A stretch of DNA of 61,906 nucleotides, filler included, from Nemertoderma westbladi (GCA_032718475.1; 4 parts of 4 records of this genome joined end to end with filler, not necessarily neighbours in it), one strand, 5' to 3'. Shown: positions 1 to 13,200, counted from the whole stretch's first letter. The notes: a model not told the origin generated them from the sequence alone. Translations and numbers: made by a program.

Positions 1-2075
1 TTCTTTCCTCTTAGCATCTATTCCCTTCTGGTTAATGGATCGCCTCAATTTGGGCCACATCGCATTTCTAAATAGTGAATTATTAAGACTGAATCGCTTC
101 GTAACCATTTCTAAAATGTAAAATATATAATTATACTGTATATGGGTTATATTATAAATTAAACCAACATTATAGTAGTTTGCTGGGTCTAATCACGGTG
201 GTGCTATTGATGTTGGTTTGTTTTCTTGGGCGGTAATTTTATTTCCGAAATCATTTTACACTTTTGATGGAATCGAGATAGATCAGGCCTCGTAATGTTG
301 TTATCTTTCCATCGGACTAACTGCAATGCGACTTATACAATATACTGTAGTATAATAATATACATAATATACAAGATAAGTAGTACATTAGTCCATTTCA
401 CTACTTGTATATATGGGCCTACAGATGGTACTGTAATTCATTTTCTCACTATGCACTGACACATCGATTGTATGTATATCTCTTTAAAAAGTAGGCCTAC
501 TAACCTTTAAGAATATTGACCTTCAAATCTGGAGCTGCAGTTCTAAATGTTGAACCAATCGAATCGGGTTCTATAATTGTTCCTATAATATCATCTGGTG
601 TCATTATGCGTGACCATAGTTTGAGGCCAAATGAATTTATGGCAGCCTGTGGTGGGATTTTTGAGGTAAATAGAGGAACACTTATGTCGAATACATTGAA
701 TTCCTTCCCATCATGAGAACTGGCAACCTGTAGTTAATAATGTGGGATAAATATTGGATAAGTACTGTAGTTCTAAAATCGTCGGAAATGACGAAAACAT
801 TACGAAATTGTCTAAATTATAAATATACCGGTAAAATATAATTACTAAAATTAATTAGAACTAAAATATAATTACTAAAATTAATTATAACTAAAATATA
901 ATTACTAAAATTAATTATAACTAAAATATAATTACTAAAATTAATTATAACTAAAATATAATTACACTATGCAAAAACTTACGTTACAGATGGATCGACA
1001 TCGTATGAAGGTAACTTTCCGTTTCTTTTTTTAAACTAATAAAAAAATATCTGAGAATTTCACCCCATAAATAATTAATTTAAAATCATTTATATATCAA
1101 TATTTATATTATGAATTAATAAATATATAACTTTAAAGTTTAAACATAATAAAGTTAGTAAACCAAAGTAAGAAGCTTTTCTCTCGTTTAGTAAAATTTA
1201 ATATTCAGCTGATATCCGGAAAACAACTGCCAGATATCCGATCCGGCAGGATACCAAAAAGTGCTTTACCTGTATAACTTACTGTACGTACATTAATAAC
1301 TTACCAAGTCTGAGGAATCAATAACATCATCTCCAACACTACCATCAGCTAATGGGGTTGATACGTCACTGCTGTTTATTTCTGGTTGTCGCTCGTATAA
1401 CGCCTCCCGCAAAAGTCTAAATTCACGTTTTAGTACATTTCGGTCACGAGTATGTTGAACCCGTATTTCTTCTATTATTTCTTGCATCTCGGGATTGCCA
1501 GTACATGCAGAATTCGATTTTGAGGTACCGTTACTGGGATTAGTACTACTAGTGTTGGCACTATTAGCTGCAGTTCCTGAACGTATCGATTTACTGACGC
1601 TACTTGTTGAACTGCGGTCGATATTGATATCCAGTGTTTTGGATCTTTTTCCACAACGCTTTTCCTTTTCTTTAGCAATTGGTATAGGCATATCGTTATC
1701 TACAACATCAGATGAATCACTATCATCGAATTTCTTTTGAATACGAACACGTTTCCTCGGATTATCTAATATGGCTGTAACATCATCATCGGATTCATCA
1801 TTTCCGTCTCCCATTATTACAACATTTGATACAAAATCGTGTAGCTCGTCTGTGCTATATTCATCCAACTTTTTTAGGAGATCATCAGCCACTGATTTTG
1901 TAGATATACTAATTATTTTTACAATATTTCCTCTTATTCGTACTGTGTGTCCAGCCTTCCACTGAAGTTTGTCAGTCAATGACAAACCTGACAATAGCCG
2001 GTGGTTAATGCCATACACACCGTACTGTGTCGTCGATGGCCAGTACAACGCAAAGCAAATTCGATCGCAAGCCAT
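1..2075 (-). CDS. Spliced BEN-domain accessory protein of the EnSpm-like transposon (exons 2075-1305, 727-505, 110-<1; 3' end outside window)
   Basis: ORF 1293-2075 ends at a GTAAGT donor (1304). Phase-compatible GT-AG exons continue VASSHDGKEFNVFD...FGLKLWSRIMTPDDI...KVNILK / EMVTKRFSL...MWPKLRRSINQKGIDAKRKE, which resembles the C-terminal helices of BEN domains. Confidence 0.6.
831..965. repeat. 30-bp AT-rich tandem repeat, ~4.5 copies, intronic
   Basis: TAAAATATAATTACTAAAATTAATTATAAC repeated. Confidence 0.9.
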
Positions 2076-2188
2076 TTGTGTAATAATAGTTATAAGGAAT
2101 ACGTTATAAGCTATAAGTTATAAGCAAAGGCAAAATTACAGTATATTATCAGCCTAAATATAACAAGCCAGACCAGAATGTGCCCTAA

Positions 2189-4528
2189 TTAATTGTGCAT
2201 ATATGAAGTTGGTTCAGGAATTAAAATAATTTCATCTTCGAGTAAACAAAAAGGTGATTTAACAGCAACACACCTACACAGAATATCTGCAACTTTTTTA
2301 TCTGAATGAAAATTCTTGCCTTCATCTTCTTGACTTACTATATTAAAAATTATATTTTGTGTTGCTAAGACAGAAAACTTACTCTTTAAAGATTGTGTCT
2401 TTAGCGCCTTTTCAATTATGTCACCAGTTTTTTTCAGTGGTTGATAAACAACACTTGTTGGTAATCTGGTTGTAAAATCTAGTATGAAAGTCATTATCTT
2501 ACCAAAAGTATCATCTTTAAATTTAACAAAATAGCTACATGACTTCCGTTTGTGCGTATATGAAAAAGAATGCACTGTGACACCACTTGGGCTTACAATT
2601 CTGGAACAAGATTTTCCATCTTCGGAGATATCCAAAGGTGTATAATTCGCACTGTGATGAGTTTGAGTGAACAGCTGACTAGAAAGAATCTTAGAAATAA
2701 AAGTATCATGTTTAGAGTGATACTTGAGAAACTCAATCCCTGCGTTTCTATATGCTGTTATCTGACTCAGTATTACAGATACTGGGGATCCTTTTCTGTA
2801 CATTAGCTTAATGAATGACCCCATATGGCTTTCAAATGAAAACATATTTGCCACACTAAGGGAACATGGAATCTGTGCAATGTGATGCCGCAACAAATGA
2901 AAGTTAATGACACATATAGAAACTCCAAATGTGGCCATCAAATGGTCTGTGGAATCTTTTAAGAACATAGAAGCCATCTCTCTATTATCATTTGATATTG
3001 AATCACAGCTTAATATATGCAGAGCAATACTTAGTTCTAATAAGCAAATCCTCATAGGATCCGAAACATAATAAGATACAATTGGCACTAAGTAGTATAA
3101 TGCGAGAAGTCTGAATTCATGGGCCTTATAATGAATATACTTACTAAGTGGTCTGCACTTTGCCACATCATGAGGAACACATTGTAATAATATGCTTTTA
3201 TCAATAGAATCAATAACATTAGGGCCAATAACTCTTCTATCTAAACGTCCTTTCGGATTTACAAGGTTATGTATAAGCTTCTTAATGCAGCCTTCAAAAA
3301 TGCAATGCATTGAGTCCAAAAGCAGACATGATGGGAATCTATCCGACATTAGATCACGGAATGCGCTAGGTCCTTTCATGCCAAATATTCTGGTTCCCTG
3401 CTGTAACGCCAAATCTGCTATCTCGCTATAACATTTCTCATCCTTTAACTTATGGTCATCTTCAAAAGGATAAAGAAAGCAATTTCCTACTTTTTCGCCA
3501 GGAATTTCGCATAGAGGACATCCATATAAACCGTTAAACTGCGTCACATTTAGTGCAGAAGCCAATGCTACCAAGTCAAATATTACAAAACAGAACTTCA
3601 CAATATATTTTTTTCCACAGACATATACATATTGTGTTTCCAAAAATTCTACCTTAAGATGTGATAACATTAATTCCCATGATGGTTTACCGGAACCTAC
3701 ACCGATGCATGCAATGACAGTATTTGATTCACTTTCACGGACTCGTGGTGGCAAGTCGAGTAGCTGCAATTGAAGAGGCCACACTGATATTGTATCTTTC
3801 TCATAATATATTCCCCCATCACTGGACAACAATAAATGCAATACAGGTTCGGACATATCCAAATCATTCCTACCAGACAAGAGATCACTAACTTCATTAT
3901 CAATTAATAAATCCCTATAAAGAGATATTTCAGTTAAATATGCACTGACCAAAGCCGAAAGTTGAGGTTTGATGCTAAAATAAAAGTAGTTATAGCCATT
4001 CATGAGTTTGTGGGAGGTTTGTACAACATATTTACTGCCATTCACTATTCTCCGTGCTTTGGATACAGTTTTAGGAAACTGGGCAGAATTGTAAAAACAA
4101 GAAAATATTGTAAGCACAGATGATAGAGCTGATTCAGTTAGTTTATGTTTCACTTGTAGGCGAAACAAAATAATCAACATAACCTTGACCGGTGGTAAAC
4201 TGGTTTCTATTGCTTCAGATAACTCAGACATAATTGACAGGGCATCATCATCATCATTATCAACAGTGAAATCAACAACATCCATTGAATTGGAGGACGA
4301 AATGGGCGACAGAGGCGGTGTAGCTTCGATTAGAAGGCCAGATTCTGGAGGCTCAATCACCCCAGTAACAGCATCAGTGTCAATGTCATCCTGCACATGA
4401 ATACTTTCATTTTCATTTACAATCTCTCCGTCTATATCAATATCTGGTTCATGGACATAGTCTACTGCGGGTTCATTCTGTATGAGGGATACTCGCCTCC
4501 GTTTCTTTGGATTATTTTGATTCGACAT
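2189..4528 (-). CDS. EnSpm/CACTA (CMC)-like transposase, 779 aa, intact
   Basis: Motifs SDGG..SVWPLQLQLLDLPP.VR, DLVALASALNVTQFNGLYGCPLC, LDSMHCIFEG, KAHEFR, INFHLLRH and FSFES.MG are typical of animal EnSpm-like transposases. Confidence 0.85.
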   Translation of the reverse strand: MSNQNNPKKRRRVSLIQNEPAVDYVHEPDIDIDGEIVNENESIHVQDDIDTDAVTGVIEPPESGLLIEATPPLSPISSSNSMDVVDFTVDNDDDDALSIMSELSEAIETSLPPVKVMLIILFRLQVKHKLTESALSSVLTIFSCFYNSAQFPKTVSKARRIVNGSKYVVQTSHKLMNGYNYFYFSIKPQLSALVSAYLTEISLYRDLLIDNEVSDLLSGRNDLDMSEPVLHLLLSSDGGIYYEKDTISVWPLQLQLLDLPPRVRESESNTVIACIGVGSGKPSWELMLSHLKVEFLETQYVYVCGKKYIVKFCFVIFDLVALASALNVTQFNGLYGCPLCEIPGEKVGNCFLYPFEDDHKLKDEKCYSEIADLALQQGTRIFGMKGPSAFRDLMSDRFPSCLLLDSMHCIFEGCIKKLIHNLVNPKGRLDRRVIGPNVIDSIDKSILLQCVPHDVAKCRPLSKYIHYKAHEFRLLALYYLVPIVSYYVSDPMRICLLELSIALHILSCDSISNDNREMASMFLKDSTDHLMATFGVSICVINFHLLRHHIAQIPCSLSVANMFSFESHMGSFIKLMYRKGSPVSVILSQITAYRNAGIEFLKYHSKHDTFISKILSSQLFTQTHHSANYTPLDISEDGKSCSRIVSPSGVTVHSFSYTHKRKSCSYFVKFKDDTFGKIMTFILDFTTRLPTSVVYQPLKKTGDIIEKALKTQSLKSKFSVLATQNIIFNIVSQEDEGKNFHSDKKVADILCRCVAVKSPFCLLEDEIILIPEPTSYMHN

Positions 4529-7356
4529 ATTTTAGCATTATTTTGCTTCGACATATTTTACTACTGAAATAAAATAAAATTTATTCGGTGTCAGTACTGG
4601 AAACAATTCAATGTTTGATAATTAGGTTATACAGTATAAATAAACTTAGTTGAAAGACGACGGGGTGCCAGTGGGAGGGGGGGGGGGGGGGGGGGTGACG
4701 CAAATCCTATCATATACTGGTATATGGTATTCTAAATTCTATTTGGTCTATACATACAGGCAGAATTTACTGGAATACATAATTAATAATAGTCCAAACA
4801 TAATTAGGCGTATATTTTACCGTACTGCCGTAGGGGATAGAAGGGAGTGTTGAACCATGAGGAGGCAGGTGGGGTGAACCGGTGAAGCAGTGCAATTTAA
4901 AGGAGAACGCTTGGGTTGGGCGTTTCCATGGATACATTATTAGAGAGAGAATTGAAAACTGCACCTACTGTTGTACTTAGTCCAACTCTAGCCTACTTGC
5001 TCTTTTGCTATGAAGGAAAGTATGCTTTTGCCATATGTTTTCTAGAACTGATAACTCTGGATGATTCTATGGATGATTACGTCACTGGTTTGCACTTTTC
5101 GTACGCAATGCATTTTTTTAAAAATGGGAGTAGTGTAGGAGGCTTGAATCAATGGATGGGTAGGAGGGTTGAACCACTTCGGATGGATGGGTAGGAGGGT
5201 TGAACCCCTTTCCTATTGGTTGTTCTGGATATTTATCTACAAGTATGGATGGTATTTAGTAGGACTAATTGACTATACTTGTTTCATTGTTACATTCTTA
5301 TCAACCCGTGGTGACAGGTAGTAGATAACGCTAGAGGCATTGTCGGAAGATGTTCATTGTTGAGTCCGAACTCCGAACCAGAGCCACAGGCTATAGAGGG
5401 GGGGGGGGGGGGGGGGAATAATAAACGCACCCGATTACATATATTTGAACTAAATAAATAATAATTACAGTAACACAACAGCTCAATGTGAATTAGGGCT
5501 ATACTCAATTAAACATCGTCCAGTGCAATGTGCAATGATATATTGATAGATTCGGAATAAATTGCTTCAGGTATTTGTGCAATTTCAGCCTTAAGCTACG
5601 ATATGGAACAGAATAAATCAATTTTTTGGAAATTTTGGTTCAACCCTCCTTACTCTCCCCTACTTGAAATCTAATTACGGTAATTAAATTATTAATAAAT
5701 AATGGAGAATAATTATTTTGAGTGAGTACCGCAACAATTTTATGATTTAGTAGCCTTGTTGAAAAATAAATATCTTTAGTGGGAAATAAATTTGTGGCAT
5801 AATTATGCCAGTTATCGTTCCGAGTTGAACTGTTTAATGCTAGAACATAGCTTGCAAATTTCAATTCTAAGGCATAAGGGTGAGATTGGTATAGGCGAGA
5901 TACCGGCATTTCCGAAAATTTATTATAATAATGTTTAATAATAATTTTGTACGAGTAATATTAATATTATATGATATCAGTATATAAAATAATAATCATT
6001 GAAATATGCATGTTATTTATATTAAATTTTACATTTACATTGTATTTTTGAGGGACCCCTTGTTGTGGGAAGGCCCTAAGCCAAAGCCTAGTTGGACTAC
6101 TGTAAGTTTACAATATCACGCAATACTTACTCATTCTGTTTGGCCCTATTACTGTATTATCCGCAATGTGAAAAATGTTATTATAATTTTTAATGATATT
6201 AGTCTTATAGGCTAATTAACTACAATTATTTCATTAATTTATTATTATATTAATATTTAGTTCATCAGTGCCTAATAAAAAATAGTAAATAGCCTACAAA
6301 TCTGAAATTAGCAATTAGAGGGATAAACTGTAAAATGCACAGAAAGTAAATGCAAAATCAAATAATAATTATTGTCTTAAATCAGTAAATGGAAACAGTT
6401 GGTTGTCTACTTCCAATAGCTGCTGTGATGGCTGGAGATGAATCAGCCTGAAAATTGTTGTTGTTGGAAAAATTCTGTAGGCAGTATTCGCACTGTGTAG
6501 ATGTAGACTTTAGATGTGTGCGGTATTATGGAAAATTTTAGTTATAAACTTTTCTTTCTTCTTGAGGCGGTATTGATGGATTTACCTGTCTTGTCTTATT
6601 AAGGCAAGAGCTGGGTAGGAGCAGACATAAACAAAAGTATCGGGCTGAAACAGTGTAGAAAGACACAGTAGAAAGCAAAATCACATCATATGGTTGGTTA
6701 CTTTAACACACTATATTAGATTTCTTGCAAGGAAGGGTAGGGGCATCATTCATCATGGCAAGTTGTTTTATCTAATATTATATACTTAAAACTTACTGTG
6801 ATTTCGCTATTTTCCCCAATCACCCTAATATTAATATTTCAGATCCCCATTCGCTTGCTCATTTTCTCTCTCCCCAATCACCCCCCCCCCCCCCCCCCCC
6901 CACCCCATTCAGCCACTATTCCCTTACCGCAAGCCCCCGGTGGTGGCTTGTTTGTCAAGTTTAAGTTTCAATTACTGCATGCACCATCCATAAAATAAAA
7001 TTTAAGATGTGAACATAGGTGCACCATTCCGTTCAAAACTTTGATGATCTTGTTATGATCATGTTATGATCTTTGCAGATATGAAATATACATAGTACAT
7101 TTTTGCACACACTTAAATATCATAACTTTGTAATGTTACTAGAGGATTTTTAAGTTGCCAATATGCATCATAAGTAGAAGATAAATTAAGAGAACTTAAA
7201 ATGTTCACTTTCCGGTTCCAGTCTTTCATGATCTTAACAAGATAATGTTATGATCTTGACAGGTTTACAATGTATTATGATCTTTGCAGACATACTAAAG
7301 ACATTGCATGATCATTACAGGTCTTTGAAGATTCGTAAAGTTGCTAGACTAGGGTT

Positions 7357-7715
7357 ATGCTTACTGCGATTGAATGGACGAGTGCCACGATTTCTATGCT
7401 TACTGTGATTGAATGGACGAGTGCCACGATTTCTATGCTTACTGCGATTGAATGGACGAGTGCCACGATTTGTATGCTTACTGTGATTGAATGGACGAGT
7501 GCCACGATTTCTATGTTTACTGTGATTGAATAGACGAGTGCCACGATTTGTATGCTTACTGTGATTGAATGGACGAGTGCCACGATTTCTATGTTTACTG
7601 TGATTGAATAGACGAGTGCCACGATTTGTATGCTTACTGTGATTGAATGGACGAGTGCCACGATTTCTATGTTTACTGTGATTGAATAGACGAGTGCCAC
7701 GATTTGTATGCTTAC
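7357..7715. repeat. 39-bp tandem repeat, ~9 copies
   Basis: ATGCTTACTGTGATTGAATGGACGAGTGCCACGATTTCT units; produce the 13-aa repeat ORFs in the track. Confidence 0.95.
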
Positions 7716-7717
7716 GC

Positions 7718-8828
7718 ACGATGTTCGCTCCTGTTTAGAACTATCGTGCTGCAGCTAATACTAACGATGTTCGCTCCTGTTTTGAACTATCGTGCTGCAG
7801 CTAATACTAACGATGTTCGCTCCTGTTTGGACTATCGTGCTGCAGCTAATACTAACGATGTTCGCTCCTATATTGAACTATCGTTTTGCAGCTAATACTA
7901 ACGATGTTCGCTCCTGTATTGAATTATCGTGCTGCAGTTAATACTAACGATGTTCGCTCCTGTATTGAACTATCGTTTTGCAGCTAATACTAACGATGTT
8001 CGCTCCAGTATTGAACTATCGTGCTGCAGCTAATACTAACGATGTTCGCTCCTGTATTGAACTATCGTTTTGCAGATAATACTAACGATGTTCGCTCCTG
8101 TTTTGAACTATCGTGCTGCAGCTAATACTAACGATGTTCGCTCCTGTTTGGACTATCGTGCTGCAGCTAATACTAACGATGTTCGCTCCAGTATTGAACT
8201 ATCGTTTTGCAGCTAATACTAACGATGTTCGCTCCTGTTTTGAACTATCGTGCTGCAGCTAATACTAACGATGTTCGCTCCTGTTTGGACTATCGTGCTG
8301 CAGCTAATACTAACGATGTTCGCTCCTGTATTGAACTATCGTTTTGCAGCTAATACTAACGATGTTCGCTCCTGTTTTGAACTATCGTGCTGCAGCTAAT
8401 ACTAACGATGTTCGCTCCTGTTTGGACTATCGTGCTGCAGCTAATACTAACGATGTTCGCTCCAGTATTGAACTATCGTTTTGCAGCTAATACTAACGAT
8501 GTTCGCTCCTGTATTGAATTATCGTGCTGCAGTTAATACTAACGATGTTCGCTCCTGTTTTGAACTATCGCGCTGCAGCTAATACTAACGATGTTCGCTC
8601 CAGTATTGAACTATCATTTTTCAGCTAATACTAACGATGTTCGCTCCTGTTTGGACTATCGTGCTGCAGCTAATACTAACGATGTTCGCTCCAGTATTGA
8701 ACTATCGTTTTGCAGCTAATACTAACGATGTTCGCTCCTGTATTGAATTATCGTGCTGCAGTTAATACTAACGATGTTCGCTCCTGTTTTGAACTATCGT
8801 GCTGCAGCTAATACTAACGATGTTCGCT
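7718..8828. repeat. 46-bp tandem repeat, ~24 copies
   Basis: ACGATGTTCGCTCCTGTTTTGAACTATCGTGCTGCAGCTAATACTA units with a few recurring variants. Confidence 0.95.
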
Positions 8829-9318
8829 ATTACTACAGGTATGGGTATATGGGTATGGGGGGTGAGGGGTGTGGTTATCACTACCGTCCCTTAAGTATGG
8901 GAAATACTCAAGAATTGGAAACACAGTAGAATTGCCCCCAATTACAACTTGCCATTGTATCATAAATCAGGTTTATTACGTCATGCAGTTTATATTATAT
9001 AAAATATTCAGTTTATTTGTTTTCACTAGAAATATTAAGTTATTAGTAAGAATCTGAATTTATATACAACAATTGTCATTTTTTCACACATATGCATATA
9101 TGTATGTAGACAATAATTTATTGTAGACAACCAGGCCGGAGGCGGATTTGTAAAAAAAATCCGTCCGGAATTCCGACCAAGACGGATTTTTTTATATATC
9201 ACCACTTCTATCCTTAAATCAGCTACTATATGGTACCTTTGTGCATGAACAGAACTGGAGGGAGGGAGGGTACCATTTGGTCCTTTGGGCGTTAGGTCCT
9301 GCATTGATAGATAACGTG

Positions 9319-10632
9319 GGTTATATTGAAAAATATCGAGACATGAAAAATATCGAGAGTAAAAATAACGTGAGTAAAAATATCGAGTGTTGAAAAATAA
9401 CGATAATATCGAGTGTTCAAAAAATATCGAGAGTAAAAATATCGAGAGTAAAAATAACGAGTGTTGAAAAATATCGAGAGTAAAAATATCGAGTGCTGAA
9501 AAATGTCGAGAGTAAAAATATCGAGATAAAAATATCGAGTGTTGAAAAATATCGAGAGTAAAAATATCGAGTGTTGAAAAATATCGAGAGTAAAAATATC
9601 GAGTGTTGAAAAATATCGAGAGTAAAAATATCGAGATAAAAATATCGAGTGTTGAAAAATATCGAGAGTAAAAATATCGAGTGTTGAAAAATATCGAGAG
9701 TAAAAATATCGAGTGTTGAAAAATATCGAGTGTTTATGAATATCGAGTGTTGAAAAATATCGAGAGTAAAAATATCGAGTGTTGAAAAATATCGAGAGTA
9801 AAAATATCGAGTGTTGAAAAATATCGAGAGTAAAAATATCGAGTGTTGAAAAATATCGAGTGTTTATGAATATCGAGTGTTGAAAAATATCGAGAGTAAA
9901 AATATATAGTGTTGAAAAATATACAGTGTAAAAATATCGATAGTAATAATTTTTTTAATAAGCTTTGTATGATAATTTTTTTCCTAAAAATGTTCTAGTA
10001 CAAAAAAATGTGTTCTAGAACAAAAATATTTATCAACATTGATAGGTTTCACGTGTACTACAACATTTATAAAAAGAAGTAGAAAATACTAGCTTTAAAA
10101 AATTAAAAAGGTGATCTAGAACTAAAAAATGTGTTCTAGAACAAAAATGATAGCTAGCACTTCTTCTATAATATTTATTTAAAAAATAGCAAAAACTAGC
10201 TATTATAATAAATCTGGTAAATGGGTACGGTACCCAAGGTGTATTATTGCCATTTATTTGCACTTGCACTGTTGTAACCCCATGCACTGCAATATTGTCC
10301 CATAATTCTAAATAAAATGCCCAAGCAAAGTGCAATATTTTTACTCTCGATATTTTTCAACACTGATATTTTTACTCTCGATATTTTTACTCTCGATATT
10401 TTTCAACACTCGATATTTTTCAACACTCGATATTTTTCAACACTCGATATTTTTACTCTCGATATTTTTCAACACTCGTTATTTTCGATATTTTTCATCT
10501 CGCGTTATTTTTACTCTCGATATTTTTTAATAACGTTAATTTTCAACACTCGTTATTTTTACTCTCGATATTTTTACTCTCGTTATTTTTACTCTCGATA
10601 TATTTCAAGTCTCGATATTTTTCACCATTACC
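9319..10632. mobile_element. Foldback/Mutator-like non-autonomous element with modular inverted repeats
   Basis: GG...CC ends; arrays of AAAAATATCGAG(AGT/TGTTG) at 9328-9945 inverted at 10335-10628; 8-bp TSD ATAACGTG at 9311-9318 and 10633-10640. Confidence 0.85.
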
Positions 10633-10689
10633 ATAACGTGCTGTATCATTATCAGCAAGGTCATGATGAGGACTTTGACTTTAATAAGA

Positions 10690-10812
10690 ATTTAGAAGTA
10701 GATTAGTTAGTAAGTATATGTCAATTATCCCAACTAAACGGGACGAGAAGAGCATTATGCGTTGGTGGGCTGCAAATAAGGAATAATTTCCTATTTTACA
10801 AATACTTGTGCA
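10690..10812 (+). pseudogene. Degenerate hAT transposase C-terminal dimerisation domain
   Basis: Translates ...SKYMSIIPTKRDEKSIMRWWAANKE*FPILQILVH, the WW..N...FP.L signature, with an in-frame stop. Confidence 0.55.
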
Positions 10813-10814
10813 TA

Positions 10815-12441
10815 CCCGGATCAGAGTTCTTAGTAAAATTGCTATGAAATTGGTATGAATTGGTCTAAACTTTCCGTTAACTTATCAACTAGTAAAACTT
10901 CTGAGATTGTACTAAAATCTTAATAATAACTTGGGAAACATTGTAAGAATGACAAATTTGTTAAACTTTACAAATACAAATTTATTTAACTTAACAAGTG
11001 TGACACTATTACATAAGCTTTATAAGAATGACAAGTAGTATTAGTATACTTATGCAGAACTTGCCAAGGTCTTAAAAAATAACCTGAATTGACTGCCATG
11101 CTGCCATATGCTCAGTCAAGTGTCAGGCAGATATAGCGAGCGTATACTGTATAGCTCTGTACCGCTATAATCTGTATATGGCTGGGTTCTTTTTTAAAGT
11201 TTAACTTTAGGAAACATATTTTTTTGTGAATTATTAGTGCAGGCAGATGTGGAGGTATGCAACAATAACAATATTTAACAAAGAGGTTTAAAAAAATGTT
11301 TCAGTAATTCATATTTTCCATTTAGGCTAGTTCCGCTAGTTTACAACTTATCTTGTTTGTTTATAAATCCTTTAAACAAAATTTGAAAAGTAAATTTGAA
11401 GAAATGCTACAGGTACATGAAGAAGATTGGAAGATCGATTACTTTACTACTCGACTCTGCAACGCCAGTGCCAGTCCGTTGTGGCCTGGCCTAGCCAGAT
11501 ACTCATTGTTGTTCAGGGGGCACAATATCCCTACAGTTCGCAGGACAATGAGGGGATCATCCCTACATCCACCAACTCCTGAAATATCATCTACAGAACA
11601 ACTTGTTCTTGGACGGTAGATTATTACTTATTCTGTTCTATTGTTCACACCATTTTTCTAGTGAAAGTTTGTTCTACTGTATAATTCTACGGTATGATTC
11701 ATTCAGATTCATCAATGAATTTCCTCAAAGTGGCAATAGTAAATCGTTATTGTCGGTATGCAGATATGGCGCAATATTGAACCACCACAAGTGGAACAGA
11801 GTTTTGTTTATTGTTTTGATTAGAAAATAACACCACTGTTAACTGACCATTTCGATTAATATTTTAAATTAAATTAAAACACCCTACTTTTAAACACACT
11901 AGGCACATAGCTGGGGCTTGCAATCATTTTGCGCCATGAATTCCAGATATTACTATGTATCATGTTGCTTTGAATCTGTGTAATAGTATTAATTAACATT
12001 GATGATATTTGAGATTAAATACAGTCGACATTCTGTAACTAAAAATATTTCTAATTTATAAAGAAGGCATGGACCAGATATAATTATTACTAAACAGGAA
12101 CACGAAAGATATAGGACTCAGCCATAACTACACATGAACACGAATAAGATAGGACCATACAATACTCACTCAATAAGAGTTTGCAAATTACTTGCTACAG
12201 TATAAATGGTTTAAGGAATTATATAGTACTTTGCTATACTTAATAAGTGATTAACAAATGCTTGATATACAGGAAAAAAAAGTTACAATGACTGGCCATT
12301 ATTAATGAGTACTTGACAAATGCTTGCTAAACTGTAAAACAATTGGTTTTAAACTTATCAAGTTTGAGTAACTACTTGCATTGCAGTTGATCCAACTGTT
12401 TAACACGAACGTAACAATTGTAATAAGAATTCTGATCCGGG
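10815..12441. mobile_element. Non-autonomous TIR element with CCC ends and TA TSD (EnSpm-type)
   Basis: TA|CCCGGATCAGAGTTCTTAGTAAAATTG ... CAATTGTAATAAGAATTCTGATCCGGG|TA. Confidence 0.85.
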
Positions 12442-12659
12442 TACAGCATTTTGAATCTAGAACTTACAGTATAACACACAAACACACAGTTGTGTTTGAT
12501 GTTCTAAATAGGTTTTATTTTTTTATATATTATAAAAAGTACTAGCTGACACAAAAACAAAATTACTAGCTACCATCTTACTAACAGAAGGTCAAATAGT
12601 TGTTCTAGAACAAAAACCCTCATGATAACCGCGATCTCTATCAACCGCTAGGGGGAGGG

Positions 12660-12800
12660 TGTCGTCGCGTTACGGCTAATGTCGCGTTATTTTTTGAGAG
12701 ATTAGCCGTAACGCGACTTTGAAAGTCGCGGTACGGCTACTCAAAAAGTTGCGTTACGGCTAATGGTCGCGTTACGGCTAATGGTCGCGTTACGGCTAAT
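12660..12800. repeat. MITE-like subterminal repeats (GTCGCGTTACGGCTAAT), direct and inverted
   Basis: Five direct copies and one inverted copy of the motif. Confidence 0.6.
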
Positions 12801-12997
12801 CTATTGTCTTGGTTTTACATAGGGAATCATTATCAATAATATTCTATGGTGTTTACGTACATCAGATGAGGTCCGAATAATGTAATGTAATAATGTTTTA
12901 CAGCATGGGAGTCTCCGGGGGGGGGGGGGGGGGGGGGGGGAGATATACCATCTTTCATACTGAAGGGTTCTTCGACAACCTCACATTCAATATAATA

Positions 12998-13200
12998 TTG
13001 TGGGGCGAGCCACGAAGCCTTAGCATATGGGTGCCATTAACGAGTTGACTGTCGTCATCGTCGTCGTCGTCGTCTGTCATCAATTTTTGATCGCTAATAG
13101 CTCGGGTATTCCTTGATGAATTAAACGAAACTTGGTACGTATGTAGTCCGGCAAAAGTTTGGTAAAGAACGAACGAAGGCAACGTGTTTACAGTGGATAC
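12998..13200 (+). mobile_element. 5' fragment of a Helentron/DINE-1-like non-autonomous element
   Basis: TGTGGGGCGAGCCACGAAG head plus (GTC)n microsatellite, shared with 55129 and 50654. Confidence 0.6.

Larger units (their letters stand above)
1..8839 (-). mobile_element. Putative autonomous EnSpm-like DNA transposon (right end tentative, left end outside window)
   Basis: Transposase plus accessory gene; long tandem arrays ending in ...ATTACTACAGG followed by TA; second TIR not visible. Confidence 0.4.

Noticed and set aside
983-1035. Extra small exon of the BEN gene
   Set aside because: Has a GTAAGT donor, but inclusion breaks the frame; the flanking exons join in phase without it.
7315-7719. 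Repeat-protein ORFs (134 and 118 aa)
   Set aside because: By-products of a 39-bp tandem repeat; open on several frames.
7357-8828. CRISPR-like regular repeats
   Set aside because: Head-to-tail units with no unique spacers, no cas genes, eukaryotic context.
10317-10706. 129-aa hydrophobic ORF
   Set aside because: Translation of Foldback element repeats.
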